Origin: Candidatus Avigastranaerophilus sp.
GTDB lineage: Bacteria; Muiribacteriota; Ozemobacteria; Ozemobacterales; Ozemobacteraceae
Reading direction: 5' to 3'
Assembly (NCBI GenBank): GCA_045639725.1
Contig: JAZUDR010000018.1
Coordinates: 1-48,342, forward strand
DNA length: 48,342 nt
Under the pieces are notes generated by a model that made no database searches, was not told the origin of the DNA, and worked only from the letters and a program-made list of their open reading frames with translations. The stretch's first letter is position 1. Every line of letters starts with the position of its first letter. This document shows, piece by piece, positions 28,597 to 38,215 of the stretch. The translations under genes were made by a program, and so were the position numbers.

Positions 28597-30306
28597 TCAA
28601 TTCTGCAGATTTAACATTATGCGGTCGTTGACACGCATAAAGGATTTATCGATAACATAAAGATTTTTGGTTTTTGCCATTTTCTGTAATGAGTCAAGCT
28701 TTAAACGGAACTGTTCCAATTCTGGGTCGGTTTCATAACCGATGATTCGGCTTTCGAAAGATTTGGCTTCACCTATTGCGTTAGCTACAGTAGTTTCTGC
28801 ATAAGCCTTAGCTGTGAGTTCTGTATTTATAGCGAAAGCTTCTTTCATGCGAAGTCTGTTAAGACTTTCGCGTTTTTCTTTCAGGATTAACATCTGTTTG
28901 TCTATCTGGGCGCTGATAACGTCTTCGTATTCTGTTGAAACCTCTAACGGAGGATGTATGGCCAGAATAACTATTTCTACTGCTGTTACGCCAATGTCTG
29001 CTTTGTCTAGTTCTGTCTGGAGATTCTTTCTTAAATCAGAAATAAGTGAGTCTCGATTCAGGCTGACAATACCATCAAAGGTTTGTGATACGGTTGCCTG
29101 GGTAAGTAATTTATAAGTTAATGCTTCAATATATGCTTCGGGATTCTGAATCTTTGTGACATATTTATAAAGGTCATGGACTTTGTAGTAAAGCTGCATG
29201 TCAACAGCTACTATTTCTACGCCGTCGCCTACTAGAAGGAAAAAGTTTTCTTTTGAATGGGCCTTAGACCAGATAAGGTGTTTCTTTTCCGGATCTGGTG
29301 TAAAACCTATGTTCATGGTTTTTACCTGAGCTGGATTATGAAGAACCATCGATTCAAAAGGCCACGGCATTTTGATATGCATACCAGGCTTATAAGCTTG
29401 ACTACCAACTATTTTTCCCATTCGATAGAAAACAGCTTCTTGATCAGGAGGAACAATGACTATGGAAGACAATAACCAGAATATCAGCAAAGCTATGATT
29501 GTTACTGGTTCTATGTGGTCTATGATATAGCCAGCCATTTCTGATTTTGATAAATCAACACCAGAAATCAGTTCAAATGTTTTTATCAGACTGTGTTTGA
29601 AAGAACGGCTTGCAGCAATAATGCTGACAAAGAAAGGAACCTCATATTTGCTGACTTTATTGTTTAAATGTGCAGATAAAATACGATAGTTATCAAGAAG
29701 TCTTTCACATACTAAGCAGAACAGGTATGCTAAAATTACAAAAATTGAATAATCATGAATTACAAATAGTTTGTAAATGTAGCAGGTTTCTTCATCTATG
29801 TAGTTCATCGCTATAAAGTAGAGAGCGAATATAAACTGGTATACAGACAAATACTGAAGCATTCTATACCATTGGGCTTCAGGAATAAGGGTTTTGCTAT
29901 GCTCATCTTTCTGTGTGGACCTTATGCCAAAAACAGAATAGAAATACAGTATTAAATAGGTTCCAGCACAAAATAGTCTGGAATTCAATGGGTCTTCTAC
30001 GCTTAATCCATGACCCGCAGCCAAGCAGATTATTTCTGCGATTAAGCCACCCCAAACCAAGAAAGAAACGAAATATAATACAGATTTTAAATTCTTTTCT
30101 ATCTTTGCTAGTTCATATTTATCTTTGAAGAACTTAGATGTTTGGGTTACCAATTTGGAATCTGTTCTGATACTACCGGCTATGCGATTTAATAGTTCGC
30201 TGCAGACAAGGATTCCTATGTATAGGGTTATTATTAAAAGCTTATCTAGACCAGCAAATATACCCGAGCCTAGTAATATTAGAAGTATAGTATTTGTAAG
30301 AAGCAT
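28597..30306 (-). CDS. Polytopic membrane domain fused to an HflK-like SPFH domain
   Basis: About 6-7 N-terminal hydrophobic segments, then G.H.K.PWPF, LLVGDG and IHPP.EV...YEDVISA. ATG 30306 preferred (AAGGT RBS, promoter upstream) over TTG 30354. Confidence 0.75.
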   Translation of the reverse strand: MLLTNTILLILLGSGIFAGLDKLLIITLYIGILVCSELLNRIAGSIRTDSKLVTQTSKFFKDKYELAKIEKNLKSVLYFVSFLVWGGLIAEIICLAAGHGLSVEDPLNSRLFCAGTYLILYFYSVFGIRSTQKDEHSKTLIPEAQWYRMLQYLSVYQFIFALYFIAMNYIDEETCYIYKLFVIHDYSIFVILAYLFCLVCERLLDNYRILSAHLNNKVSKYEVPFFVSIIAASRSFKHSLIKTFELISGVDLSKSEMAGYIIDHIEPVTIIALLIFWLLSSIVIVPPDQEAVFYRMGKIVGSQAYKPGMHIKMPWPFESMVLHNPAQVKTMNIGFTPDPEKKHLIWSKAHSKENFFLLVGDGVEIVAVDMQLYYKVHDLYKYVTKIQNPEAYIEALTYKLLTQATVSQTFDGIVSLNRDSLISDLRKNLQTELDKADIGVTAVEIVILAIHPPLEVSTEYEDVISAQIDKQMLILKEKRESLNRLRMKEAFAINTELTAKAYAETTVANAIGEAKSFESRIIGYETDPELEQFRLKLDSLQKMAKTKNLYVIDKSFMRVNDRIMLNLQN

Positions 30307-30326
30307 AATTTTGTACCTTGCAAATA

Positions 30327-30354
30327 ATTTTAGCACGAAAAAGAAATTTAGCAA
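30327..30354 (-). promoter_or_regulatory. Promoter of the SPFH-ATPase-GT operon
   Basis: Minus strand TTGCTA-16 nt-TAAAAT with extended TG. Confidence 0.5.
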
Positions 30355-30395
30355 TAAAAAAAGCGACTAAGTTTTGTCTTAGTCGCTTTTTTATT
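30353..30395 (-). terminator. Intrinsic terminator after the SPFH-zinc-ribbon gene
   Basis: AATAAAAAAAGCGACTAAG-loop-CTTAGTCGCTTTTTTATT. Confidence 0.85.
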
Positions 30396-30404
30396 CAGCT
30401 TATT

Positions 30405-31577
30405 TTACATTGCTGTTCCACATTCAGGACAGAATTTACCTTCTACATCAGCGCCGCATTTGGGGCATTTCTTTGATGTTGACTGTGGAGCACCACATTC
30501 AGGACAGAACTTGGCACCAGCTTTAATCTGTGCACCGCATTTTACGCAAGCTACAGTCTGTTCAGAAACGTTTGGTTTTCCGCATTCTGGACAGAACTTA
30601 GCTGTTGCTTTTATTTGGGCGCCACAACCTTTGCAGGCTATCATTTGAACCTGAGGAACCTGTGAAGCCTGTTGTTGCATTGCGCCCATGCCCATATTTA
30701 TGCCACCCATGCCAAAGCCCATACCCATACCAACGCCCATGCCAGCCATACCATTCTGGTTACCGGCAGCGGTATTAAGAGCCTTGAGTTGTTCTACGGC
30801 AGCGAAATTGCTCATACTAGCTTGGTCGATAGTACCAAGATTTTTGATTTTGGCTGCTGCAGCCTTACCTTCAATAGACTGAGTGTTGTAGGTCTTAATC
30901 AGTTCTTTGGTTTCATCGTCAAAATCTGCGCTTTCGATGCGGAAATCTGACATTTCAAAGCCCAAAGAAGAAAATTCTGGGGCAACTAGTTCAGAAATCT
31001 TCTTAGAAAGGTCTACTACATATTTGGCGACCTGGCCATAACCGCACTGGGCTTGAGCAAAAGCTGCAGTCATTGGACCATGTATACGGCTTATGATGTT
31101 TTCTTTTACATCGGCGGCTGTTACTCTTTCTTTGTTGCTAGCGAAGTTGTTTATGAAATTTCTGATGTCGGTAATATGGAAAGAGAAATTACCGAAAGCT
31201 CTCATGTTTACTGTGATGCCATATTTTTCGTCATCGTAGGTGATAGGGGCTTTTGTTCCCCATTTCTGGTTTACAAATTCTGCTGTTCTGACAAAGTAGA
31301 TATTTGCTTTATGTTCAGAAGTGAAATTCTGCATAATATTCTTGATAGTGGTCCAGAAAGGAACGTTACCAGTACCAAGTTCGAATTTGCCAGGATAGTC
31401 GTGAATGGCTTTTATTTCGCCTTCATAAATGAAAACAGCGGCTTGACCAGGATTAACTATGAGTTTAGAACCATTTTTCAACTCGTCGTTAGTTCCGTCC
31501 CAACGCCATATCAATAAATCTTCGGAAGCGTCCTTCCATTCTATAACAGACTTGGTTTGATTAGCCCAAAAACCCAT
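30405..31577 (-). CDS. SPFH-domain protein (YdjI-like) with C-terminal zinc ribbons
   Basis: GSKLIV..GQAAVF...G, KWGT..PI and RAFG.FSF motifs; Gly/Met-rich segment; three CxxC..FCPECG ribbons. Confidence 0.88.
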   Translation of the reverse strand: MGFWANQTKSVIEWKDASEDLLIWRWDGTNDELKNGSKLIVNPGQAAVFIYEGEIKAIHDYPGKFELGTGNVPFWTTIKNIMQNFTSEHKANIYFVRTAEFVNQKWGTKAPITYDDEKYGITVNMRAFGNFSFHITDIRNFINNFASNKERVTAADVKENIISRIHGPMTAAFAQAQCGYGQVAKYVVDLSKKISELVAPEFSSLGFEMSDFRIESADFDDETKELIKTYNTQSIEGKAAAAKIKNLGTIDQASMSNFAAVEQLKALNTAAGNQNGMAGMGVGMGMGFGMGGINMGMGAMQQQASQVPQVQMIACKGCGAQIKATAKFCPECGKPNVSEQTVACVKCGAQIKAGAKFCPECGAPQSTSKKCPKCGADVEGKFCPECGTAM

Positions 31578-31658
31578 AATTTTCCTCCAAAAATAAATGT
31601 AAAAATAATCTCAAAAAGAAGTATAATAGTTTTTTAGAAATATGGCAAGGAGTCTTTA

Positions 31659-32228
31659 ATGAATAAGCTATTAGAAGCATTAAATAAAAATGATGAAATG
31701 TTGGCAGTGGAACTGATTAATAGTGGGGAAGATATTATGGCAACCGACCCAACAGGGGTTACTCCACTGCATTTGGCTTCTAAGCTTGGAATGAAAAAAG
31801 CTACTGCATTATTGTTGGAGAAAGGCGCTGTAGTTGATGCTTTGAATATGGATGGAGTTTCACCGCTTCACTTAACTGCTGCTAGAGAAAAACCAGAAAC
31901 CTTTGCCATGTTGCTTGCTTATGGGGCAGACCCTAAGAAGATTGAACGCGATGGCTGGACACCATTGCATTGGGCTGGCTTCAGAGGATGTGTTCCTGTT
32001 ATAGAACAACTTCTGAAATACGATGTGGAATTAAATCTGCCCGACAATGATGGCTGGACTCCATTACATCTCGCTGCTCAGCAGAATCATCCTGAGGCGG
32101 TAAAGGTTCTCTTAAAGGCCGGTTGTGATTATACAATAAAAAGTGAAGATGGAATGACACCGTTGGATTTGGCTATCTCGCAAGGCAACAAAGAGGTTAT
32201 TGATATCCTGAAGAAAGCTATTTCCTGA
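31659..32228 (+). CDS. Ankyrin repeat protein
   Basis: Five G.TPLH.A-type repeats at 33-aa spacing; AAGGAG RBS. Confidence 0.93.
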   Translation: MNKLLEALNKNDEMLAVELINSGEDIMATDPTGVTPLHLASKLGMKKATALLLEKGAVVDALNMDGVSPLHLTAAREKPETFAMLLAYGADPKKIERDGWTPLHWAGFRGCVPVIEQLLKYDVELNLPDNDGWTPLHLAAQQNHPEAVKVLLKAGCDYTIKSEDGMTPLDLAISQGNKEVIDILKKAIS

Positions 32229-32236
32229 TTCTGTGA

Positions 32237-32494
32237 TCAACAACCTAGCAGATATTGGATGAAGCTAATGAATTGACTGGTGGCAATGCCTAGTAGAAGT
32301 ATCCAAAGTGGTAATCTGTAGTATTTCATGTCTGTGACACTTTGAGGGTCTTCGCGGGCATCTTCGTTTATATTCTGGTTTTCTTCAGAACCGTCGTTAT
32401 ACTCGCTGATTAGCTTAGACCACTTACTGAAACCATAAAACATGAATCCAATAAGTAGTATAAACAAACAGAAATTAAGTATTACTATCCACAT
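32237..32494 (-). CDS. Small two-TM hypothetical membrane protein
   Basis: 85 aa; two hydrophobic helices flanking an acidic loop; AAGGA upstream; follows the deacetylase gene. Confidence 0.55.
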   Translation of the reverse strand: MWIVILNFCLFILLIGFMFYGFSKWSKLISEYNDGSEENQNINEDAREDPQSVTDMKYYRLPLWILLLGIATSQFISFIQYLLGC

Positions 32495-32528
32495 ATTATG
32501 AATTGGTTTCCTTTAGTGGCTTAGCTTC

Positions 32529-33860
32529 TTATGAAGCATGCTTTAATGCTATTAGTTCACTGATGGTTACGAAACGATAACCTTCTGATTTGAAGGCGCG
32601 TATTAGAGTAGGAAGCATTTTGGCTGCACCAGGATGGATATCATGGAATAGAATGATTCCACCTGGTTCAACGGATTTCATTACTCTATACAAAATTACA
32701 TCTGGGTTTTTGTTTTGCCAGTCTCGACTGTCGGAATCCCAAAGAACCTGATGCCAGCCATTTTCTTGTAGCATTGCTTTGACACGGGAGCTTGTTGCAC
32801 CGTATGGTGGTCTTACGATATGACAGTTTTTACCTGTGATTCCAGTTATTACATTCTGGGTTTTGCGCAGTGATTTTAAGCCTGTTTCACTAGAGTTCTT
32901 TGAAAGTGAAAGATGGTTCCATGTATGATTGCCAACATCGTGACCTTCGGAAATCATTTGGCAAAGCAAGTCAGGGTAGGTTTCTGCCCGGTTGCCCACT
33001 ACAAAAAATGTTCCTTTGGCTCCTTCTTTTCTTAGAATTTCAAGAATTTCAGGGGTGAGTGTGTGGTGAGGTCCATCATCGAATGTTATTGCTAGGTATT
33101 TTTTGTTTTCTGGCGCATTCAATGAACGGACTATTTTAACACATTCGTCATAGGTTAAAGGCTTGAATTCTTTTATTGTTTTGTTGGTTTGATTGTATTT
33201 CTTGGTTTTCTTTGTTTGTTCTGCGCCGTCGGTCTGTCCTGAAATACCACTTGGATAAATAGGAGTAAGTTCAATATTTCCATAGTCAACAGGTGGCTTA
33301 TAGTTGCCAAGTGTCATTGTTGGAATATGCATGTTTTTGGCTGATAATTGTTGATAAAACCCTAATTGTTCAAGCTGTTGAATTGCTGGTTGAAAATCTG
33401 GGCACATTAACAGACAGTTTTTAAAGCATTCGGCCGCCTTATTTAGATTCTGGTCTTCTTTTTCCAAGATACCAAGATTATAATAAATGAGATGAGAGCG
33501 TGAATGCATCAAACCAGCTCTGAAAATCATCCTTGCTTCGTCACGTTTGCCTTTTTGTTTGAGCGCGGAACCAAGATTGTTATAAAGATGGATATAGTCT
33601 GGCTTTATTCCAATGCCATATTGCCAAAGTTTAATTGCATCTTCTAATTGACCTGCGTTGGCATAAATAATACCAAGAGAGTTTATTGAGGCTACATCTC
33701 TTGGATTTCGTCTAACTCTTTCTCTAAGGGTATTAAAATCTTTTTGGATGTCGGGAGGTGTATTCTGGTCAAAGCTATTGCGTGAAGCATTCGCAAAACA
33801 ACTTTGGCTTAATATTATTAATAATATTGCTAATAGTAGCTTTTTAATTTTTGCTTTCAT
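32529..33860 (-). CDS. Secreted TPR-containing polysaccharide deacetylase (CE4/NodB)
   Basis: Signal peptide, 3-4 TPRs, intact TFDDGP, NHTWNH, RPPYG, DSRDW and ILFHD motifs. ATG 33860 preferred (ORF track 33872). Confidence 0.9.
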   Translation of the reverse strand: MKAKIKKLLLAILLIILSQSCFANASRNSFDQNTPPDIQKDFNTLRERVRRNPRDVASINSLGIIYANAGQLEDAIKLWQYGIGIKPDYIHLYNNLGSALKQKGKRDEARMIFRAGLMHSRSHLIYYNLGILEKEDQNLNKAAECFKNCLLMCPDFQPAIQQLEQLGFYQQLSAKNMHIPTMTLGNYKPPVDYGNIELTPIYPSGISGQTDGAEQTKKTKKYNQTNKTIKEFKPLTYDECVKIVRSLNAPENKKYLAITFDDGPHHTLTPEILEILRKEGAKGTFFVVGNRAETYPDLLCQMISEGHDVGNHTWNHLSLSKNSSETGLKSLRKTQNVITGITGKNCHIVRPPYGATSSRVKAMLQENGWHQVLWDSDSRDWQNKNPDVILYRVMKSVEPGGIILFHDIHPGAAKMLPTLIRAFKSEGYRFVTISELIALKHAS

Positions 33861-35070
33861 AATAATTCCCATCTAAATACTTAGGATTATTGTATAATAC
33901 TTTTTCAAAACATTTCCATATATTCTTTGCACTGTTTTCTTCTTTTTCTAAGTCATGAAAGATTGGTTGCCGTTCCTGAAATGGTGATATTTTGTTGTAT
34001 ATATAAAGGCACAATGCCCTTATTGCTTCAGATGTCTTACTTTGGATCTGTATGTGACTCTTTATTTCTTCTGTTATTGCTGTTCTTTCATTTGGTGGTA
34101 ACTGATAGCTATATGGAATTCCTGTAAGCAGAGGAAGTTTTTTTATAAATGTATCATTTTTGTGTTTTATTGTTTGTTTTAATAAATTATTTGCTCTTTC
34201 ATTACAATATTGATATTGGGTATTATCTTTTAAATACATACTTTTTTGAAAGACTATTTCATGTAATAACGCTGTTGTTTCTGAAGTAAAAAATGGTTCA
34301 AATATAAAATCTGCTTTTATTTTATTGTTAGTATCTGAAATTATTGCTTTTAAATATTTATTTATTTTTTCACCAGTTTTTACGAAGGTTGTTGGCATAT
34401 TGTCTGATAATAACGCTAATATGTAAGCTGCTGATAAGGTTGTAGAAGTTTTCCCATAGCATGGCTCTTTTTCAAAGAAGAATGAACCATCTTTATTTTG
34501 TAAATTAGTTAAAGAAATAAATAAATTATTAATTACTGTTTTATCTATTTGGAAGCCTTTGGCTTGAGCTGTGTTTATGACTAATGCGGTTGGAATTAAA
34601 GAATGACAGGAAAAGCAATTGTTGTTCATTATGTCGCTATTTTCTTTTTTTATAATTAATAATAAATTGTCCTCAATGTGTTTGGTTTGTGATTGGACTG
34701 CTTTGAAATATGGTGATTGTTCTGGTGCGGCTTCTGTAGAAGAATTTATAGATGTTACTGTTATTGTATTTGTATCTATATTGGGTGCTGATTCTATAAA
34801 AAATAAATAATCTGATTTTTCTTTTCGCGACAGGACATGCTTTTCAGAACCAATTTCCATTACTGCTATATTATGAGAAAGCTCGTTGCCCCAAAAGCTT
34901 GGAGAGTATACGGGTATTCTGATTTCTGAAAAATACCAGTGTTCTTGAAATACTAGCTTTATTTTGTTTGAACTGTGTTTTATTGTATACAGATTTTCCC
35001 CATACCCTGTGAGGCAGAGCATGAAAGCAAACAATAATAAAAATAGTTTTTTCGAAAAATTATTTGTCAC
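33844..35070 (-). CDS. Exported hypothetical protein with prenyltransferase/terpene-cyclase-like repeat
   Basis: Signal peptide; CFSCH motif; L..LQNKDGSF QW-like repeat; overlaps both neighbours. Confidence 0.55.
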   Translation of the reverse strand: MTNNFSKKLFLLLFAFMLCLTGYGENLYTIKHSSNKIKLVFQEHWYFSEIRIPVYSPSFWGNELSHNIAVMEIGSEKHVLSRKEKSDYLFFIESAPNIDTNTITVTSINSSTEAAPEQSPYFKAVQSQTKHIEDNLLLIIKKENSDIMNNNCFSCHSLIPTALVINTAQAKGFQIDKTVINNLFISLTNLQNKDGSFFFEKEPCYGKTSTTLSAAYILALLSDNMPTTFVKTGEKINKYLKAIISDTNNKIKADFIFEPFFTSETTALLHEIVFQKSMYLKDNTQYQYCNERANNLLKQTIKHKNDTFIKKLPLLTGIPYSYQLPPNERTAITEEIKSHIQIQSKTSEAIRALCLYIYNKISPFQERQPIFHDLEKEENSAKNIWKCFEKVLYNNPKYLDGNYYESKN

Positions 35071-36415
35071 TTAAATCTTCTTTGGTAATTTTATATTTTT
35101 TTAATTTGTAATTAAGATTTTGCCTTGTTACACCTAGTAACGAAGCTGCCCTTGAATAATTACCATGAGTAGTTTGAAGGGCCTGATTTATTAGGGCTGC
35201 TTCAACTTTTTCAACTGCTTCAGATAAAGGCAGACCAGTATCTGGAATCATTAATGCAGAGGTATCGTCTGATTCTGTAGGCAGTTTTATGTCTGATGAA
35301 TTTAATTCTTCGCTTTTTCGCATAATAACAGCGCGTTCAATCAGGTTTTCTAACTGTCTGATATTGCCAGGCCAGTTATAATGCTCGAGTATCTCATAAA
35401 AATCTGGGGTTGCGCTTTTTATGTTTCTGTTATGTTTTCTAGAATAATATCCTATAAAATAGTCTGCAAGAGCTTTTATGTCAGATTTTCTCTTGCGTAG
35501 AGGTGGAATTTCTATTTCTACTACGTTAATGCGGTATAGGAGGTCTTCTCTGAAATTACCTTTTTTTACTTCTTCAGAGAGGTTTTTATTGGTAGCACAA
35601 AGAATTCTTACATTTGCCTGTGTTTGAGTTGTTGAACCAACAGCTCGATAGGAGCCGTCTTGTAGAACCCTCAGAAGCTTTGCTTGACTACTTAGAGCCA
35701 AGTCACCAATTTCGTCTAGGAATAAGGTTCCACCTTCTGCTTCTTTGAATAGGCCCTTTTTGTCGGCTATAGCACCTGTAAAACTACCTTTTTTATGACC
35801 AAACATTTCACTTTCAAAGAGAGTTTCAGGAATGGCGCTACAGTTCACAGGAATGAAGGAATTTGCAGCTCGTCGGGACTTACTATGTATGGAATGAGCT
35901 ATCATTTCTTTGCCTGTCCCACTTTCGCCAGTTATTAAAACTGTGCTGTCTGTGTCTGAAATATTGTTTATGAGTTCCTGTATTTGTAATATCTCTGTTG
36001 AATTTCCTATTATTTGAGGACCTGAATTCTGTTGGTTTTCTGCAGAAATGCCAGGCCCTGTTAGTATTTTGCAGACAGAAGCTTTTAATTCTGTCAGCTC
36101 AAAGGGTTTTTGCAAATAATCACTAGCTCCAAGCTTAACTGCTGTGACAGCTGTTTCCATTGATGAAAAAGCTGTCATCAAAATTACTGGTTTCTGTGGA
36201 AATATTGCTCTGACTCGGCTTAACAGATCTAAGCCAGTCATGCCATTCATTCTTATGTCAGAAATAATTAAATCACATTCTCTTATGCTTATGAAATCTA
36301 AACCAGCAAAAGGATCACTAAAATCAAATACTTCATATCCATCTATTTCTAAGGCGCGCTTAATTACCTTTAATAGTTTTATTTCGTCGTCTATTACCAC
36401 AATTTTGCTTTTCAA
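35060..36415 (-). CDS. Sigma54-dependent response regulator (NtrC/AtoC family)
   Basis: Receiver domain (DDE, SDIRM, KPF), GESGTGKE, GSFTGA, LFLDEIG, WPGNIRQLEN and Fis-type HTH. Confidence 0.95.
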   Translation of the reverse strand: MKSKIVVIDDEIKLLKVIKRALEIDGYEVFDFSDPFAGLDFISIRECDLIISDIRMNGMTGLDLLSRVRAIFPQKPVILMTAFSSMETAVTAVKLGASDYLQKPFELTELKASVCKILTGPGISAENQQNSGPQIIGNSTEILQIQELINNISDTDSTVLITGESGTGKEMIAHSIHSKSRRAANSFIPVNCSAIPETLFESEMFGHKKGSFTGAIADKKGLFKEAEGGTLFLDEIGDLALSSQAKLLRVLQDGSYRAVGSTTQTQANVRILCATNKNLSEEVKKGNFREDLLYRINVVEIEIPPLRKRKSDIKALADYFIGYYSRKHNRNIKSATPDFYEILEHYNWPGNIRQLENLIERAVIMRKSEELNSSDIKLPTESDDTSALMIPDTGLPLSEAVEKVEAALINQALQTTHGNYSRAASLLGVTRQNLNYKLKKYKITKEDLSDK

Positions 36416-36417
36416 TT

Positions 36418-38106
36418 TTATTCACCTTCTGTTTCTGGTTTTGCTTTGGGTAAGGAAAAAATGAAACTGGTTTCACTCTTTTCTTCTATACGTTCTGCTC
36501 GGATGGTTCCATGATGACCTTCTATTATCGCCTGACAGATAACAAGGCCGAGACCAGTTCCCTGGGCTTTTGTTGTGAACAGTGGTTCAAATATATGTTC
36601 AGGATCACAACCGAACCCTTTCCCTTTATCTGTTATTGATATTATACAATCGTCATTGTTGGCTTTCGCAGCAACTTTTATTGGTATATTTTCATCGGAT
36701 GAGGCTTCAATAGCATTCTTTATCAGATTATTAAAAACCTGCATCATGGCGTTTTTATCTACTTTTATAAAGCTATTGAAAGAATCTTCAAAACTGAAGC
36801 TAATTTGTTTCATATTATCGGAAAATTGTTGCGATATAATCTTTTTAGAATCTTCAAAAAAATTTTGAAATGAATAACAGATTAAATTAGGTTTGGTTTT
36901 GTGTGTGTAAGTTCTCAGATTTTCAATAATATCACGGCAACGTTTAACTTCGTCTATTATTACGGTTACATCTTCTTGCTCTATCGGAAGTTGGTTCTCC
37001 AAGGATTCTTTAATCATACCTGCCGACATTAATATTGTGCCTAAGGGGTTGTTTATTTCATGAGCTATACCAGCAGAAAATCTACCTAGGGTAGCCATTT
37101 TGTCTTTTGCGGCTAGTTTCTTTTGTGCATCAATAAGGTTTTCTTTTGCTACGGAAAGTTGGTTTATCATCTGATTGAAGCTTTGGGCAACACTTTGGAT
37201 TTCTTGATAACTATTTTCTGTCATTGCCTGTGGTATTTCTTGCCATTTGCCATCTGATACATTATCTATGCTGTCTTGTAACGTCTTTATCGGTGCGAAT
37301 ATTTTTTTTGCCCAAAAATAACCAAGAATTAGAAAACCTACTATTTCCAATAGTGCTAGTTTCAACATCATACTATTGATTTCTGAACGAGCCAGTGTCG
37401 CTACTTGAGCTGAATAACCTGTTATTATATAAAGGTTTGGATTTATAGTGAAGCTTCTAAGTCGGAATAATTCTGTGTCTTGTTTTATTTGTTTTGTGGA
37501 TTCTGAGTCTTTAATTGAGATTAGTTTTTCAACAGCATAGTTGGCTATAAAGCCTTTGGCGGCCAAAAGTCCTTTGTTGTCAAAAATACAATAGATTTCA
37601 TCACCCTGAATTTTTATTTCAGGCTTTTTGGCTATTATGATTTTACTATCTGTGTTTGATTTTATTTTGGACTCTGAAATCAGATATCCTGAATATGATA
37701 GTGGTCCGGCTGGAGCTAGCCGGGTAATATTACCATTTGTTTTTTCTAGGTTGTATGCTACCAGGCTAGGGGAGGTAAGTGGCTTCGAAGAGGTAAATAC
37801 TTCAGCATATTCTAATTGAAGATTTTCTTTTAAAGAAGTAAGAACCTGTATAAACTGCTGATTGTTGATTAGATTGTTTAAACCTAAGGAGTCTATTGCC
37901 TGACTCATTTCGGCCGCTTGATAGTTTAATTTGTTCTGCTGTTCTGCTAGTTGTTTTAATATATGTTTTTTTATGCTTTCAAGATGGATCAGGTCAGAAC
38001 TATCTACAGTGAATCCTAGACTTTGCGCGCCCCAAAAGGAAACTAACGATACGACAATAATCGTTAGTAGCATAAAACCTAAAGCTATTTTCGTTCTGAT
38101 TCCCAT
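36418..38106 (-). CDS. Membrane sensor histidine kinase with HAMP domain
   Basis: Two TMs, HAMP, H-box AHEINNPLG, NLIKNA, D.G.G, F.PLFTTK and GTGLGL. Confidence 0.95.
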   Translation of the reverse strand: MGIRTKIALGFMLLTIIVVSLVSFWGAQSLGFTVDSSDLIHLESIKKHILKQLAEQQNKLNYQAAEMSQAIDSLGLNNLINNQQFIQVLTSLKENLQLEYAEVFTSSKPLTSPSLVAYNLEKTNGNITRLAPAGPLSYSGYLISESKIKSNTDSKIIIAKKPEIKIQGDEIYCIFDNKGLLAAKGFIANYAVEKLISIKDSESTKQIKQDTELFRLRSFTINPNLYIITGYSAQVATLARSEINSMMLKLALLEIVGFLILGYFWAKKIFAPIKTLQDSIDNVSDGKWQEIPQAMTENSYQEIQSVAQSFNQMINQLSVAKENLIDAQKKLAAKDKMATLGRFSAGIAHEINNPLGTILMSAGMIKESLENQLPIEQEDVTVIIDEVKRCRDIIENLRTYTHKTKPNLICYSFQNFFEDSKKIISQQFSDNMKQISFSFEDSFNSFIKVDKNAMMQVFNNLIKNAIEASSDENIPIKVAAKANNDDCIISITDKGKGFGCDPEHIFEPLFTTKAQGTGLGLVICQAIIEGHHGTIRAERIEEKSETSFIFSLPKAKPETEGE

Positions 38107-38116
38107 AGTTAGAATT

Positions 38117-38145
38117 ATTTTACCTCATAAGAATCTAATGTACAA
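38117..38145 (-). promoter_or_regulatory. Sigma70 promoter of the kinase operon
   Basis: Minus strand TTGTAC-17 nt-TAAAAT, 10 nt before the ATG. Confidence 0.55.
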
Positions 38146-38168
38146 GAGTTTGAAGACTAGATATTGCT

Positions 38169-38206
38169 AAAAAAAAATAACCGCTTCTTTGGAGAAGCGG
38201 TTATTT
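38169..38206 (-). terminator. Intrinsic terminator after tpiA
   Basis: AAATAACCGCTTCT / AGAAGCGGTTATTT stem with a long T run on the minus strand. Confidence 0.85.
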
Positions 38207-38215
38207 AAGGTTCAA

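Noticed and set aside
30300-38200. Sigma54 -24/-12 promoter for the NtrC-family regulator
   Set aside because: No convincing TGGCAC-N5-TTGC match seen in the intergenic regions.
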